From a virus (Duplodnaviria; Caudoviricetes): a stretch of DNA of 34,342 bases. Shown piece after piece: positions 8,136 to 16,728 of the stretch; positions within the stretch are counted from its first letter, which is position 1, and every line of letters starts with the position of its first letter. The stretch is taken from positions 1 to 34,342 of IMG/VR virus record IMGVR_UViG_3300005611_000108; one strand, 5' to 3'. A program made the position numbers and the translations under genes. A model generated the notes under the pieces. That model searched no databases, was not told where the DNA came from, and was given only the letters and a program-made list of their open reading frames with translations.

Positions 8136-8369
8136 GTCTAAAGCATCGCTGGCTATTTTTACGGCACCACAATCACCATCAGCGCCCCATTTGATTTCTT
8201 CAATCTCAAGCAATGCTCGTTCTAATTTTCTTATCCTGTTTTGTAAATTTTCAGAACAATTGTGAACGCAATGCTTAGCAAACAGTTTCGCGCTTGTACT
8301 GGTTACAAAACGCTTATCTAAGCTATCTGGGAACTCCATAAAAACTTCAAATTCTTCATCTATATTCAT
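8130..8369 (-). CDS. Cassette F hypothetical protein
   Basis: 79 aa with AGGT RBS; stop lies in the core GTTATGT. Confidence 0.65.
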   Translation of the reverse strand: MNIDEEFEVFMEFPDSLDKRFVTSTSAKLFAKHCVHNCSENLQNRIRKLERALLEIEEIKWGADGDCGAVKIASDALDT

Positions 8370-8411
8370 AAATTACCTGCTTCTAACTAGCCTTTACGAC
8401 ACAATATCTAC

Positions 8412-8594
8412 TTAAATACTAAAACTACGCTTCGGCTTATCTACGCCACTAACGCCGTTCGCTATATTTTTAATCTTCCCGCCATTCTTAAAAAACTCTT
8501 TTGTCTGTTTGGCTATCAGGCTAGATTCTTCTTTCTTGATTCGCATGATTCGCCCGTGGCTCATTGCTTCACCTGGCTTTAGTACTGTTGTCAT
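8412..8594 (-). CDS. SutA-like RNA-polymerase-binding domain protein
   Basis: Motif EFFKNGGKIKNI..GVSG resembles the SutA core EEFLSRGGKVQEI (recalled from memory). Confidence 0.55.
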   Translation of the reverse strand: MTTVLKPGEAMSHGRIMRIKKEESSLIAKQTKEFFKNGGKIKNIANGVSGVDKPKRSFSI

Positions 8595-8716
8595 TGTTCA
8601 GTCTCCATTCTCAATAGTATTGAAACGGCTTTTACAAGGCTTGAATCAATCGCCTCAAGTCCGTTTCTCGATACTAGCCATTTGCCTGTTAATTGGTCTT
8701 TGTATGTTGTAATCAT
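8591..8716 (-). CDS. Small hypothetical protein, 41 aa (not in ORF track)
   Basis: MITTYKDQLTGKWLVSRNG...; ATGA overlaps at both ends. Confidence 0.6.
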   Translation of the reverse strand: MITTYKDQLTGKWLVSRNGLEAIDSSLVKAVSILLRMETEQ

Positions 8717-8892
8717 AGTGCGTGCCTCAGTAGTAATTGCGGTAATTCAGATTCAACACAGCCTAAAACATCGTAATAAATATCAGGCATTTCTGAATCT
8801 AATTCTTCCAACGCTTCAGCAAACGAAGCAGCGACAATGGATTTATGTAATACAGTATTTTCGTGTGAGTATGTAATTTCATAAATCTTCAT
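8713..8892 (-). CDS. Small acidic hypothetical protein, 59 aa (not in ORF track)
   Basis: MKIYEITYSHENTVLHKS...; first ORF after the promoter, ATGA-coupled to the next gene. Confidence 0.6.
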   Translation of the reverse strand: MKIYEITYSHENTVLHKSIVAASFAEALEELDSEMPDIYYDVLGCVESELPQLLLRHAL

Positions 8893-8924
8893 TATTGCTG
8901 TCCGTTGCTTTAGTTGATAGCTAA

Positions 8925-8953
8925 ATATTAGTACTTTATTACTTAACTATCAA
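8925..8953 (-). promoter_or_regulatory. Sigma70-type promoter facing the cassette array
   Basis: TTGATA-17-TAATAT with an upstream A-tract. Confidence 0.65.
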
Positions 8954-8971
8954 GCGTTTTTTGTTAATTGT

Positions 8972-9955
8972 TTATAATCTAACTGGCATAACTATAAAAG
9001 AATCATTAATCAAGCAAGCTTTACCGCCTCCCATTTTAATATCCAGATCGTTGCAATTTGCAGCGTTTATAGCGTCAATTAAGAAATGAGTCATAAAACC
9101 TATTTCAATGTCACCAGTTGAAACTACATCACATTCAGTTTCAGCGCCTTCATTTTTCAAGATCGCCGTATCTTTAGTAATATTAAATCTAACCATATCG
9201 CCGCCTATTTGAGCTGTTTTAATTGCGCTCAATAGATCACCTGAGTTGGCAGTTAAATTAATCTCAAAATCTTTAGGTATAATTCTTTGCCAATCTGGAA
9301 ATTTAGCATCAACCAACCCTGTCGAAAAAATAGCGTTAGCGGCTTTAATAATTAACTGATTAGACGACACAGAAACAACGCCATCAATCTCTGGAAATTG
9401 GCGTATAGTTTCTGCAGGTATGATCACATCAGGGCCGTCATATTTGGATTCAATATAGGCCATTCTCATTCCGTCAGTTGCAACTGCATAGCCTTTCGTT
9501 AGATGAACGCCATTTAACATGATCCGCACATCTTTGACCGGCAAAGCGTGAGATATAACAGAAATGGCGTGAACTAAATCAGCACTATCAATGCCGCATG
9601 ATTCTGATTTCTCTAAATCAGGTATAGGAAACGCATCATAATCCATACTTTCGAGCTTGATGCTTGTTCTACCCTGCTTAATGTTTTTATCTGTTATCTC
9701 AATTTCGCCAGATTTCATATTAGTCACGGCACGTGAAAGCTTTACAGCCTCTAACGTACATTGACCTGGCTCACCTTGAGCCTCGAATATCTCTTGATAT
9801 GTGCGCACACTGTCACTAGCAGTTAGCGTGCAGCATTTACCATCAAAGCTTAGCGCCACATGGTTATAAATTGGCATCATGGCCCGACCATTTGCAATTT
9901 TAGCCGCTTTCTTTATTACACTTAAAAATGTTGATTTGTCTGTGATTATTTTCAT
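8972..9955 (-). CDS. dnaN: DNA polymerase III beta sliding clamp homolog
   Basis: Motifs LTASD, DAFP, RIMLNGV, VATDGMRMA, KFPDWQRIIP and C-terminal IVMPVRL. Confidence 0.9.
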   Translation of the reverse strand: MKIITDKSTFLSVIKKAAKIANGRAMMPIYNHVALSFDGKCCTLTASDSVRTYQEIFEAQGEPGQCTLEAVKLSRAVTNMKSGEIEITDKNIKQGRTSIKLESMDYDAFPIPDLEKSESCGIDSADLVHAISVISHALPVKDVRIMLNGVHLTKGYAVATDGMRMAYIESKYDGPDVIIPAETIRQFPEIDGVVSVSSNQLIIKAANAIFSTGLVDAKFPDWQRIIPKDFEINLTANSGDLLSAIKTAQIGGDMVRFNITKDTAILKNEGAETECDVVSTGDIEIGFMTHFLIDAINAANCNDLDIKMGGGKACLINDSFIVMPVRL

Positions 9956-10917
9956 TAGAATAACTCGTATTGTTTGATAGATGCTGATTCAAGATTGCGC
10001 ACAGCTAGATTAAAATAAGACTCTTTAAGCTCCGCCCCTATAAATTTACGGCCCATTTTTAAAGACATATATCCTTCTGACCCAATACCCATAAAAGGTG
10101 ACCATACTACATCATCTGGATTACTCCATAGTTGTATACATCTTTGAATAACATCAAGCTGTAGAGGGCATATATGGCGCTCGTCGTCACTGTCTCGACC
10201 TTCTCTAAAGTTCAATGTATCGGATTGGTTTACGTCCATCCATACTGGGCTTGCGTATCGCTGCCACACATCGACGCTAGTATTTTGACTTGATGATTTA
10301 ACCTTCCAGCACGTTCGACCGTCATCCCATTCATGGCGCTCAAAATCAGGAGCAGGGCTATCACCTACATAATATTTAAACTCACCTGCGATATGATCGA
10401 CATTAGCGCCAGGCTTGCGCATCATTATCATTGTGTCAGGTATGCCCATTCTACTCATTGAGCTGTCTTTTTTGATGGTCTTATGGAGCAGTCCAAGCGC
10501 CTTAGTTCTTTGCATTGCAATAACTGGATCTTTCCAAATAACAACTTCGGAATGAAAAATAAAACCAGCGTCTTGATATGCTTTTATTAATTCACCTCTA
10601 AAATCTCTAATACCGATAAAGCCGTCATTTTGTTTTGATGTAGGTAGATTCATACAGTGAATAGCAACAATACGGCCTGATTTCATTACCCTGAACTGCT
10701 CTTTAATTAAAAATAAATATTGCTGCCAGAACTCGTTTGAGTCTTTACTGTTGCCCATATCTCTATCGCTGTTTGAGTACGTGTATAGCGACTCAAAAGG
10801 CGGGCTAAAAACAGAAAACCCAACTGATTCGTCAGGCAATCCGCGAGCCACCTCAACAGTGTCTGCATGATAAATTGACATATCGTCATTTATTATTTGA
10901 TTGATTACTTTAGCCAT
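9955..10917 (-). CDS. Amino (N4-C/N6-A) DNA methyltransferase, beta class
   Basis: Catalytic FSPPF near the N-terminus; HICPL and SAM-binding SPFMGIGS near the C-terminus. Confidence 0.9.
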   Translation of the reverse strand: MAKVINQIINDDMSIYHADTVEVARGLPDESVGFSVFSPPFESLYTYSNSDRDMGNSKDSNEFWQQYLFLIKEQFRVMKSGRIVAIHCMNLPTSKQNDGFIGIRDFRGELIKAYQDAGFIFHSEVVIWKDPVIAMQRTKALGLLHKTIKKDSSMSRMGIPDTMIMMRKPGANVDHIAGEFKYYVGDSPAPDFERHEWDDGRTCWKVKSSSQNTSVDVWQRYASPVWMDVNQSDTLNFREGRDSDDERHICPLQLDVIQRCIQLWSNPDDVVWSPFMGIGSEGYMSLKMGRKFIGAELKESYFNLAVRNLESASIKQYELF

Positions 10918-12266
10918 TTCGCTATCTCCATTATTATAGTTGGGTTATATTCTGTCTTTGTAGTTGATGCGCTGAATATCTCTTTATCCATTGCCGTTTT
11001 CATGTGATCAATCATCATTGCACCTAAATGATAATTTTGTTTATCTTTTCTTTGTATGTTCTCAATTACAGAACCTTCAGTATCTGCCGAAATTACATGG
11101 ACATGAACATCGTTCTTTTGCCCGAACCTCCAGCACCTTCGAATAGCCTGGTAGTAAGATTCCCAGCTGTCCGATAAACCAACAAATATCATTTGATTGC
11201 AGTTCTGCCAATTCATGCCGAATCCAGCTATTTTAGGTTTGCTTACAAGCACGCGAACATCGCCAGATGAAAACCCTATCAATGATGATGATTTATGTTC
11301 TGGTTTATCGCTGCCTTTTACCTCTACTGCATCATTTATGAGTTTAGTTAATTTTTCTGACTCTTCATTTAAATTACACCAAACCAGTATTTGACCTTGC
11401 ATAGAATTGGCAATGTCAGCGGCTTGTTGAACCCGTTCGTCTACCGAATCTTTGCGCGCTTTGTTCCTGTCTTGCAGCCCTTGAGCAGGATCAACTATTA
11501 GAGAGTCGACTGGATCAGTTTCAATAACATGAGAATGATAAACGATAGGCTTTAATTTATGTCTTGAACCATCAAAACCTAAATCAGATGGGTTTCTTAT
11601 TACTACAGCCCATGAAGCCATCCACTCGAAAAACCTTGACTGGCCATGACCTTTTAAACGCCATTTTGAAGTATCAGAACCATCGTGAATAAAAAACATA
11701 GCGAGCATTTCAATCTGACTCATAATACCTAGAAATTCTGACTGCGTTCCTATCTCCATAAAATCGTTAGGGCTAGGCGTGGCTGTGCAACTTAATCGAT
11801 AAGGAATTGATAATGCGAACTCTGTTATCTCTTTTCTTCGAGTTCCGTTCATGCCTTTTAATATGCTTGATTCGTCTATTACGATGCCTGAAAAATACGA
11901 GCTATCATATTTATGTAACTGCTCATAGTTTGTTATCTGAATGCCGTCAATCACCGTATCAGGATCGGCTTTAAATATAGGGATGCCGTACTTTTCACCC
12001 TCTAATATTGTCTGACTCGATACAGCGAGAGGCGCTAAAATCAATACTGGTTTTTTAGTGTGCAAATATACTTGATGCGCCCATTCCAACTGCATTATGG
12101 TTTTACCTAGACCAGTGTCAGCAAAGATAGCGGCCTTTCCTCTTTTTAATGCCCATTTAACAATCGGTATTTGATAGTCAAAAAGGTTTTTATTTAAGTC
12201 ATTGCAAACAAAACCAGATTGATTCTGTCTAAATGACTTATTAGATAAAAACTCCTCATAATTCAT
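10905..12266 (-). CDS. SNF2-like SF2 helicase
   Basis: DTGLGKT, IDESS, TATP, GFGMN, QAIRRCWRFGQ. Confidence 0.88.
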   Translation of the reverse strand: MNYEEFLSNKSFRQNQSGFVCNDLNKNLFDYQIPIVKWALKRGKAAIFADTGLGKTIMQLEWAHQVYLHTKKPVLILAPLAVSSQTILEGEKYGIPIFKADPDTVIDGIQITNYEQLHKYDSSYFSGIVIDESSILKGMNGTRRKEITEFALSIPYRLSCTATPSPNDFMEIGTQSEFLGIMSQIEMLAMFFIHDGSDTSKWRLKGHGQSRFFEWMASWAVVIRNPSDLGFDGSRHKLKPIVYHSHVIETDPVDSLIVDPAQGLQDRNKARKDSVDERVQQAADIANSMQGQILVWCNLNEESEKLTKLINDAVEVKGSDKPEHKSSSLIGFSSGDVRVLVSKPKIAGFGMNWQNCNQMIFVGLSDSWESYYQAIRRCWRFGQKNDVHVHVISADTEGSVIENIQRKDKQNYHLGAMMIDHMKTAMDKEIFSASTTKTEYNPTIIMEIAKWLK

Positions 12267-12310
12267 ATTCTCTTCACCCTTTATTATTAAATTAGAAAAC
12301 CGATTATTAG

Positions 12311-12538
12311 TTATTTATTATTAAATGTAAATAGTTTTTTGTTAAAATATCTACGGATTAAATATGACCTGGCTATACTTATGACTGTAAACCAAGCACC
12401 TATCATCAAATTATCTGACATTGAAATATTAATGTCGTAAAACGGAAAAATAACAATCTGTGAAAATAACGCTACTAAATAGCCTATTGCCACATTTGTT
12501 ATTGATTCAATAAATGATTGTAGTTTTGTTTGCTTCAT
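12311..12538 (-). CDS. Small 2-TM phage membrane protein
   Basis: QTKLQSFIESITNVAIG...RSYLIRRYF; two hydrophobic segments. Confidence 0.7.
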   Translation of the reverse strand: MKQTKLQSFIESITNVAIGYLVALFSQIVIFPFYDINISMSDNLMIGAWFTVISIARSYLIRRYFNKKLFTFNNK

Positions 12539-12678
12539 CTCTGCGCACTCACTAGCGGTTTTTGATCTGGTTTAAGCGGGTTATCAATCACATGCGTCAA
12601 CGGGTGGTCAACGCATAGCTTTTTATTCTGGCTGTCTAATCTGATTAGTGGCGCGTGGCAGTGGGGGCATGTGGTCAT
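12535..12678 (-). CDS. Small Zn-ribbon protein, 47 aa (not in ORF track)
   Basis: MTTCPHCHAPLIRL...LCVDH; ATGA-coupled on both sides. Confidence 0.6.
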   Translation of the reverse strand: MTTCPHCHAPLIRLDSQNKKLCVDHPLTHVIDNPLKPDQKPLVSAQR

Positions 12679-13001
12679 ATATATTTGCTCACAATTATCT
12701 TAAATTCTTCAAATCCGTTTGCCACTTCTGACTTATAGCCGACTTCAGACAAATACTTTAGCCACATGGCTTGATTCTCTGAAAGTTTGCCGCCTTCTGG
12801 TTTTTTCATTTCTATGAATAGTTTTAAGCTTGGTATAAATAAATCAGGAACGCCGCTTCTAACACCCTCTGCTTTTAGCTTCATAGCTGTTAATCGGCTA
12901 CGCTTGCCGCCATTTGGTATTGCAAATACCCAATGATCAGGATAGTTGGCCTCTATCCAACAAACAGACCTTACCTGCTCTTGATGTTCTATATCTTTCA
13001 A
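12675..13001 (-). CDS. VRR-NUC domain nuclease
   Basis: EHQEQ, FAIPNGG, GVPDLF, FIEMK, LSENQ. Confidence 0.88.
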   Translation of the reverse strand: MKDIEHQEQVRSVCWIEANYPDHWVFAIPNGGKRSRLTAMKLKAEGVRSGVPDLFIPSLKLFIEMKKPEGGKLSENQAMWLKYLSEVGYKSEVANGFEEFKIIVSKYI

Positions 13002-13183
13002 AATGGTACCTCCATATAATAATCAGGACATGCTTTATGAGTCGCTGCAAAATCTTCTGGCGGCTCTTGATTGTGCTTCATGCAAATACCCTCATTGCTG
13101 TAAGCCTCACAAGTGTGGCATATTTCAGGAAATATCTTGGCTTCATAATCAATTAATATTTGTGGTTTTTCGTGTCTAGGCAT
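12998..13183 (-). CDS. Cys-rich hypothetical protein
   Basis: CHTC...C..H...C; ends in EVPF; coupled to its neighbours. Confidence 0.6.
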   Translation of the reverse strand: MPRHEKPQILIDYEAKIFPEICHTCEAYSNEGICMKHNQEPPEDFAATHKACPDYYMEVPF

Positions 13184-13184
13184 A

Positions 13185-14771
13185 TCAAAAAATCCTGTTT
13201 GTTATTTGATAAAATTTACCTTCTTTTTTGTATTTTATAGTTTTTGGCGGTAAAGCTTTTGTCATAGCTTCAGCTATTTCCTCTAGTGACATTTCTTGGT
13301 TAATGATGGCGCATGATCTAGTTGCCATTTCTGCCAACTGGTTTAATGCTTTGTTACCCGCAAAGCCGCTATGCGTTACGCACAAATATTCTGTTATAGC
13401 GGGATCAGAAAGACCGCCGTAATACCTAACAGCTAGCATTTCTTTTCCGCTTGACTTGCTAACATGCTTTAACCATCGCCATTCATTAACGTTCATCTCT
13501 TCCGGCGCTTTGCCCATAATATCTTGGGTGTGAAGCCTTGGCTGGGTTTTCTCTTTTTCTTCAACAGGAAAAACATTCCCGCATTCGGTACACGTTTTGC
13601 ATGATGCGTGAACTATCTCAAAGCAACTAGGGCAAGCTTTAACAGGTGCTTGACCTTCGCCAGGTCCTGCTTTAGTTGGCGTAATAACATTAGTGATAGG
13701 ACCATGCTGTTTTACACAGCCAGCAAAATCTAATACTAGGCAATGATCAGTATGCGACTTAGGGCGCAAACCTCTGCCGGCCATCTGCACATATAGGGCT
13801 GGTGACATGGTAGGCCTTAACATGGCAATAAGATCAATATCAGGGTAATCAAATCCAGTGGTTAAAATATTGGCATTTGTTAATGCGCGTAATTCGCCAG
13901 ATTTAAACCTTTTTAAAATATCTTCACGTTGCTTTTTAGTGTTCTTTCCAGTGATACATTCAGACTTTATACCTCGCCTAATCAATTCATCTTTTATATG
14001 TTCAGCATGTTCAACACCAGCACAAAAAAACAGCCATGCTTTTCTATGTTCAGCACGTTCAATTACTTCATTAACAATAGCCTGGTTTGAATCTGTATTA
14101 TCTACAGCGGCTTGAAGCTCCTTTTCTATATACTCACCACCTCTTTTGTGGACTCCTTCAGTGCTCAGCTTAGCGCCTGTTAGCTTGCTTCTAAGTGGAG
14201 CTAGAAAGCCTTTATAAATCAGCTCTTCAATCGTGACAGGGTTTAAAATGTCGTCAAAAATAGCCGGTTTATCTGTGATTAATCCATGCCCCAATCTGAA
14301 TGGTGTAGCCGTTAAACCTATAACCCTAAGATTTGGATTAATAGCTTTTAAATCTTCTATAAACTGACGATATCCGCCCTCGTTTTTATGATTAACCAAG
14401 TGGCATTCATCTATGATTATTAAATCAATATGGCCTACTTCTTGCGCCTTATTTCTGATCGATTGAATGCCAGCAAACGTGATTGGCTCATCTAAAACTT
14501 TCTGACCAACACTTGCAGAATAGATACCCATTGGCGCACCTTTCCAGTGCTGGCGCATCTTTTCAGCGTTTTGCTCTATTAGCTCTTTAACGTGAGTCAA
14601 CATTAAAACCCTTGTTTCAGGCCAGCTTTGCAAAGCATCTTTACAAAGCGCTGCTACAATGTGGCTCTTGCCCGCTCCGGTCGGAAGCTCTAGACAGGGA
14701 TTGCCTTGGTTGCCATCTTCAAACCACTTATAAAGCATTTCTATGGTTCTTGTCTGATAATCTCTAAGCAT
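13185..14771 (-). CDS. SF2 DEAD/H helicase (RadD/YejH-like) with Zn finger
   Basis: LRDYQ, PTGAGKS, DECH, TATP, QMAGRGLR, CPSC..CTEC. Confidence 0.92.
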   Translation of the reverse strand: MLRDYQTRTIEMLYKWFEDGNQGNPCLELPTGAGKSHIVAALCKDALQSWPETRVLMLTHVKELIEQNAEKMRQHWKGAPMGIYSASVGQKVLDEPITFAGIQSIRNKAQEVGHIDLIIIDECHLVNHKNEGGYRQFIEDLKAINPNLRVIGLTATPFRLGHGLITDKPAIFDDILNPVTIEELIYKGFLAPLRSKLTGAKLSTEGVHKRGGEYIEKELQAAVDNTDSNQAIVNEVIERAEHRKAWLFFCAGVEHAEHIKDELIRRGIKSECITGKNTKKQREDILKRFKSGELRALTNANILTTGFDYPDIDLIAMLRPTMSPALYVQMAGRGLRPKSHTDHCLVLDFAGCVKQHGPITNVITPTKAGPGEGQAPVKACPSCFEIVHASCKTCTECGNVFPVEEKEKTQPRLHTQDIMGKAPEEMNVNEWRWLKHVSKSSGKEMLAVRYYGGLSDPAITEYLCVTHSGFAGNKALNQLAEMATRSCAIINQEMSLEEIAEAMTKALPPKTIKYKKEGKFYQITNRIF

Positions 14772-15789
14772 CTTTGATTATCCTTCCGTCAAATTCTTTT
14801 CTGATATAATTAACGTATTTATCGCCTTTAGCGCACTCGCTAGGGTTCGCTAATATCTCAGAGCTTCTATATCCTGATTCGCCGTTAAGAACTTCTTTTC
14901 CGTCAATGATGTATATTATTTCGCTCTCATTTTCAGCGTCTTTAGTTTTCCATGGCGTTAAATCTGGATGAATAACGTGCAAATCACACCCGTCATTCTG
15001 AAAATCAGTAGGGATAGAATCTTGATGTAACTCACAAAACCAAGTTGAATCTTCTTTAGCTGTTGAATGCGCGCAAGTTCTACAATTGACCTCTTTTGTC
15101 AGGTTTGTTTTATGGCAAAATTCGTGAGCATCACAAAACCGACATTCAAACCAAGTCAGATCTACTGAAAGCGGGGCGGGGAGTCTATTTTCTAAAGCAA
15201 TTCGCTTGCCTCGCTCTATGTATTTCTCAGCTAAAGCGTGATCAAGTCTAACGCGCTCTGTGTAGATAGAGTCGTCGTTTTTACAGATCGCAAAATACAA
15301 AGCGCGGTCTATTTTTAGACCGAACATATAAACTTGCATTTGCACATAGTGAATAAATTTAGACTTCTGAACGCAATTCTTAACAACATCATCAAAGCTT
15401 TTCTTTGAGTGAGTCTTAGCCTCGAAAACATGGCGCTTCGTTGGAGCTTCTGGAACTCCGCTCTCTATAATTCCATCGATGGAGCCGCTAAAGTGACTTC
15501 CAAAATTAACACGCGCTTGACTTCCGCCTGTCGAATGTATATCTATGCCAATAGCACGCAAATCTTGAGCTATCCAGTTTTCTTCATGGTGCCCACGCCT
15601 AAATATTCTTAAAATACGGCCCTTAAATTCTGGAATGACAGCCCAGCGAAAAGAAAGCCATAGCCATCTATCGCAAGGATGGCCGATTTGTGAAACTCCA
15701 AGATGCGGTCTTGGCTTTTCCTTTCTTGATTCGTGCGCTTTATCAATCAAACCTGCTATGCTGTGTTGTGGTTCTGGTATTAGTGACAT
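14764..15789 (-). CDS. PD-(D/E)XK exonuclease (Cas4/YqaJ-like)
   Basis: SQIGHPCDR, GSIDG, EAKT, QMQVYM, CRFC...C cluster. Confidence 0.82.
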   Translation of the reverse strand: MSLIPEPQHSIAGLIDKAHESRKEKPRPHLGVSQIGHPCDRWLWLSFRWAVIPEFKGRILRIFRRGHHEENWIAQDLRAIGIDIHSTGGSQARVNFGSHFSGSIDGIIESGVPEAPTKRHVFEAKTHSKKSFDDVVKNCVQKSKFIHYVQMQVYMFGLKIDRALYFAICKNDDSIYTERVRLDHALAEKYIERGKRIALENRLPAPLSVDLTWFECRFCDAHEFCHKTNLTKEVNCRTCAHSTAKEDSTWFCELHQDSIPTDFQNDGCDLHVIHPDLTPWKTKDAENESEIIYIIDGKEVLNGESGYRSSEILANPSECAKGDKYVNYIRKEFDGRIIKDA

Positions 15790-15808
15790 AATTACAAACC
15801 CTTATTAA

Positions 15809-15842
15809 AAATACCAGCTGGCAAAATTTAAATACCAGCTGG
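15809..15842. repeat. 13-bp direct repeat with palindromic core; likely minus-strand terminator or operator
   Basis: AAATACCAGCTGG at 15809 and 15830. Confidence 0.55.
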
Positions 15843-15853
15843 AATAATTTTTA

Positions 15854-16336
15854 TTATTTCTTAGCCCATGGCGCAGAGCCTTTGGCTGGATTTTGTACTG
15901 GTGCGCCTTCAGGTTTTGACCCGCTTGAAACACCGCAAGATAAAGTTTTATAGCCTTTAACGTCGTTTGAGTCGCCATACTCTTCAGATTTGCGAACGGC
16001 CAACTTAATGCTTAACTGGCCGCCTATTAGTTGATCAGTATCTTGAACTGTTGTTAGTCCAATAGCACGCATAAGCTCGCCTAGTTGCTGTCGTCCGATT
16101 TCTTCAGCTTTAGGATTTGGGTTTCTAATGTTCAAATTCCCAAACACTACGCGCCCTTGGTGAGTTGGGCCTAATACATCGTATTGCACTGCAATGTATT
16201 GACCAGTACCAGCCTTAGTATCTTTAAGCTCAGCGCCTTTAATATTGACCTCATACCATCCAGCCGGTAGAGGATCATAGCTATTGTTTGATTCTGGTAA
16301 TTCGTTTACGTTAATTGGCATATCTAAAAATGACAT
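15854..16336 (-). CDS. DUF669-like ssDNA-binding protein
   Basis: YDPLPAGWY motif, flexible tail ending APWAKK, Sak4-module context. Confidence 0.8.
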   Translation of the reverse strand: MSFLDMPINVNELPESNNSYDPLPAGWYEVNIKGAELKDTKAGTGQYIAVQYDVLGPTHQGRVVFGNLNIRNPNPKAEEIGRQQLGELMRAIGLTTVQDTDQLIGGQLSIKLAVRKSEEYGDSNDVKGYKTLSCGVSSGSKPEGAPVQNPAKGSAPWAKK

Positions 16337-16338
16337 AT

Positions 16339-16728
16339 TTATTCCCCTGTTTTTTCAATTGAAAATGATGTTCTTGCTGGTTTTGTTGTAATTGCATCTA
16401 AAAGAGGTGCAATCATTTCTTTATCTGCACTATTCCAAGCCTTGGCATTGATAGCAGGTGACCATCTAAAAAGATCACCTAAATGCTCAGATAGTCCATG
16501 CTCGTGCGCTATTTCTTGCAGTTTGTCGCTGTCAATTTTGCGCGTCATTCTTGCTGTTGTTTTAACTTTGAATTGATCTATGTCAAAAGTTTTTGAACCT
16601 TCGACATTAGAATCAACTCCCAAAGCATCAATTAAAGCGTCTTCTATATAGCGCCTGTTTTCAGATGCAGCGCGCTCTATTTCTTTTTCATTGATCCACG
16701 ACTCAATGAGATTATTTATCTGGCTCAT
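16339..16728 (-). CDS. Conserved phage recombination-module protein
   Basis: 129 aa between the Sak4-like ATPase and SSB; coupled to both. Confidence 0.6.
   Translation of the reverse strand: MSQINNLIESWINEKEIERAASENRRYIEDALIDALGVDSNVEGSKTFDIDQFKVKTTARMTRKIDSDKLQEIAHEHGLSEHLGDLFRWSPAINAKAWNSADKEMIAPLLDAITTKPARTSFSIEKTGE

Larger units (their letters stand above)
6433..8387. mobile_element. Integron-like gene cassette array without integrase (CALIN-like), 6 ORFs and 6 attC-like sites
   Basis: Strict alternation of palindromic sites and single short ORFs; the core sites flanking each ORF are complementary. Confidence 0.8.

Noticed and set aside
14764-15789. Cas4-like nuclease as a CRISPR component
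   Set aside because: No array or other cas genes; it sits in a standard Sak4-SSB-exonuclease recombination module.
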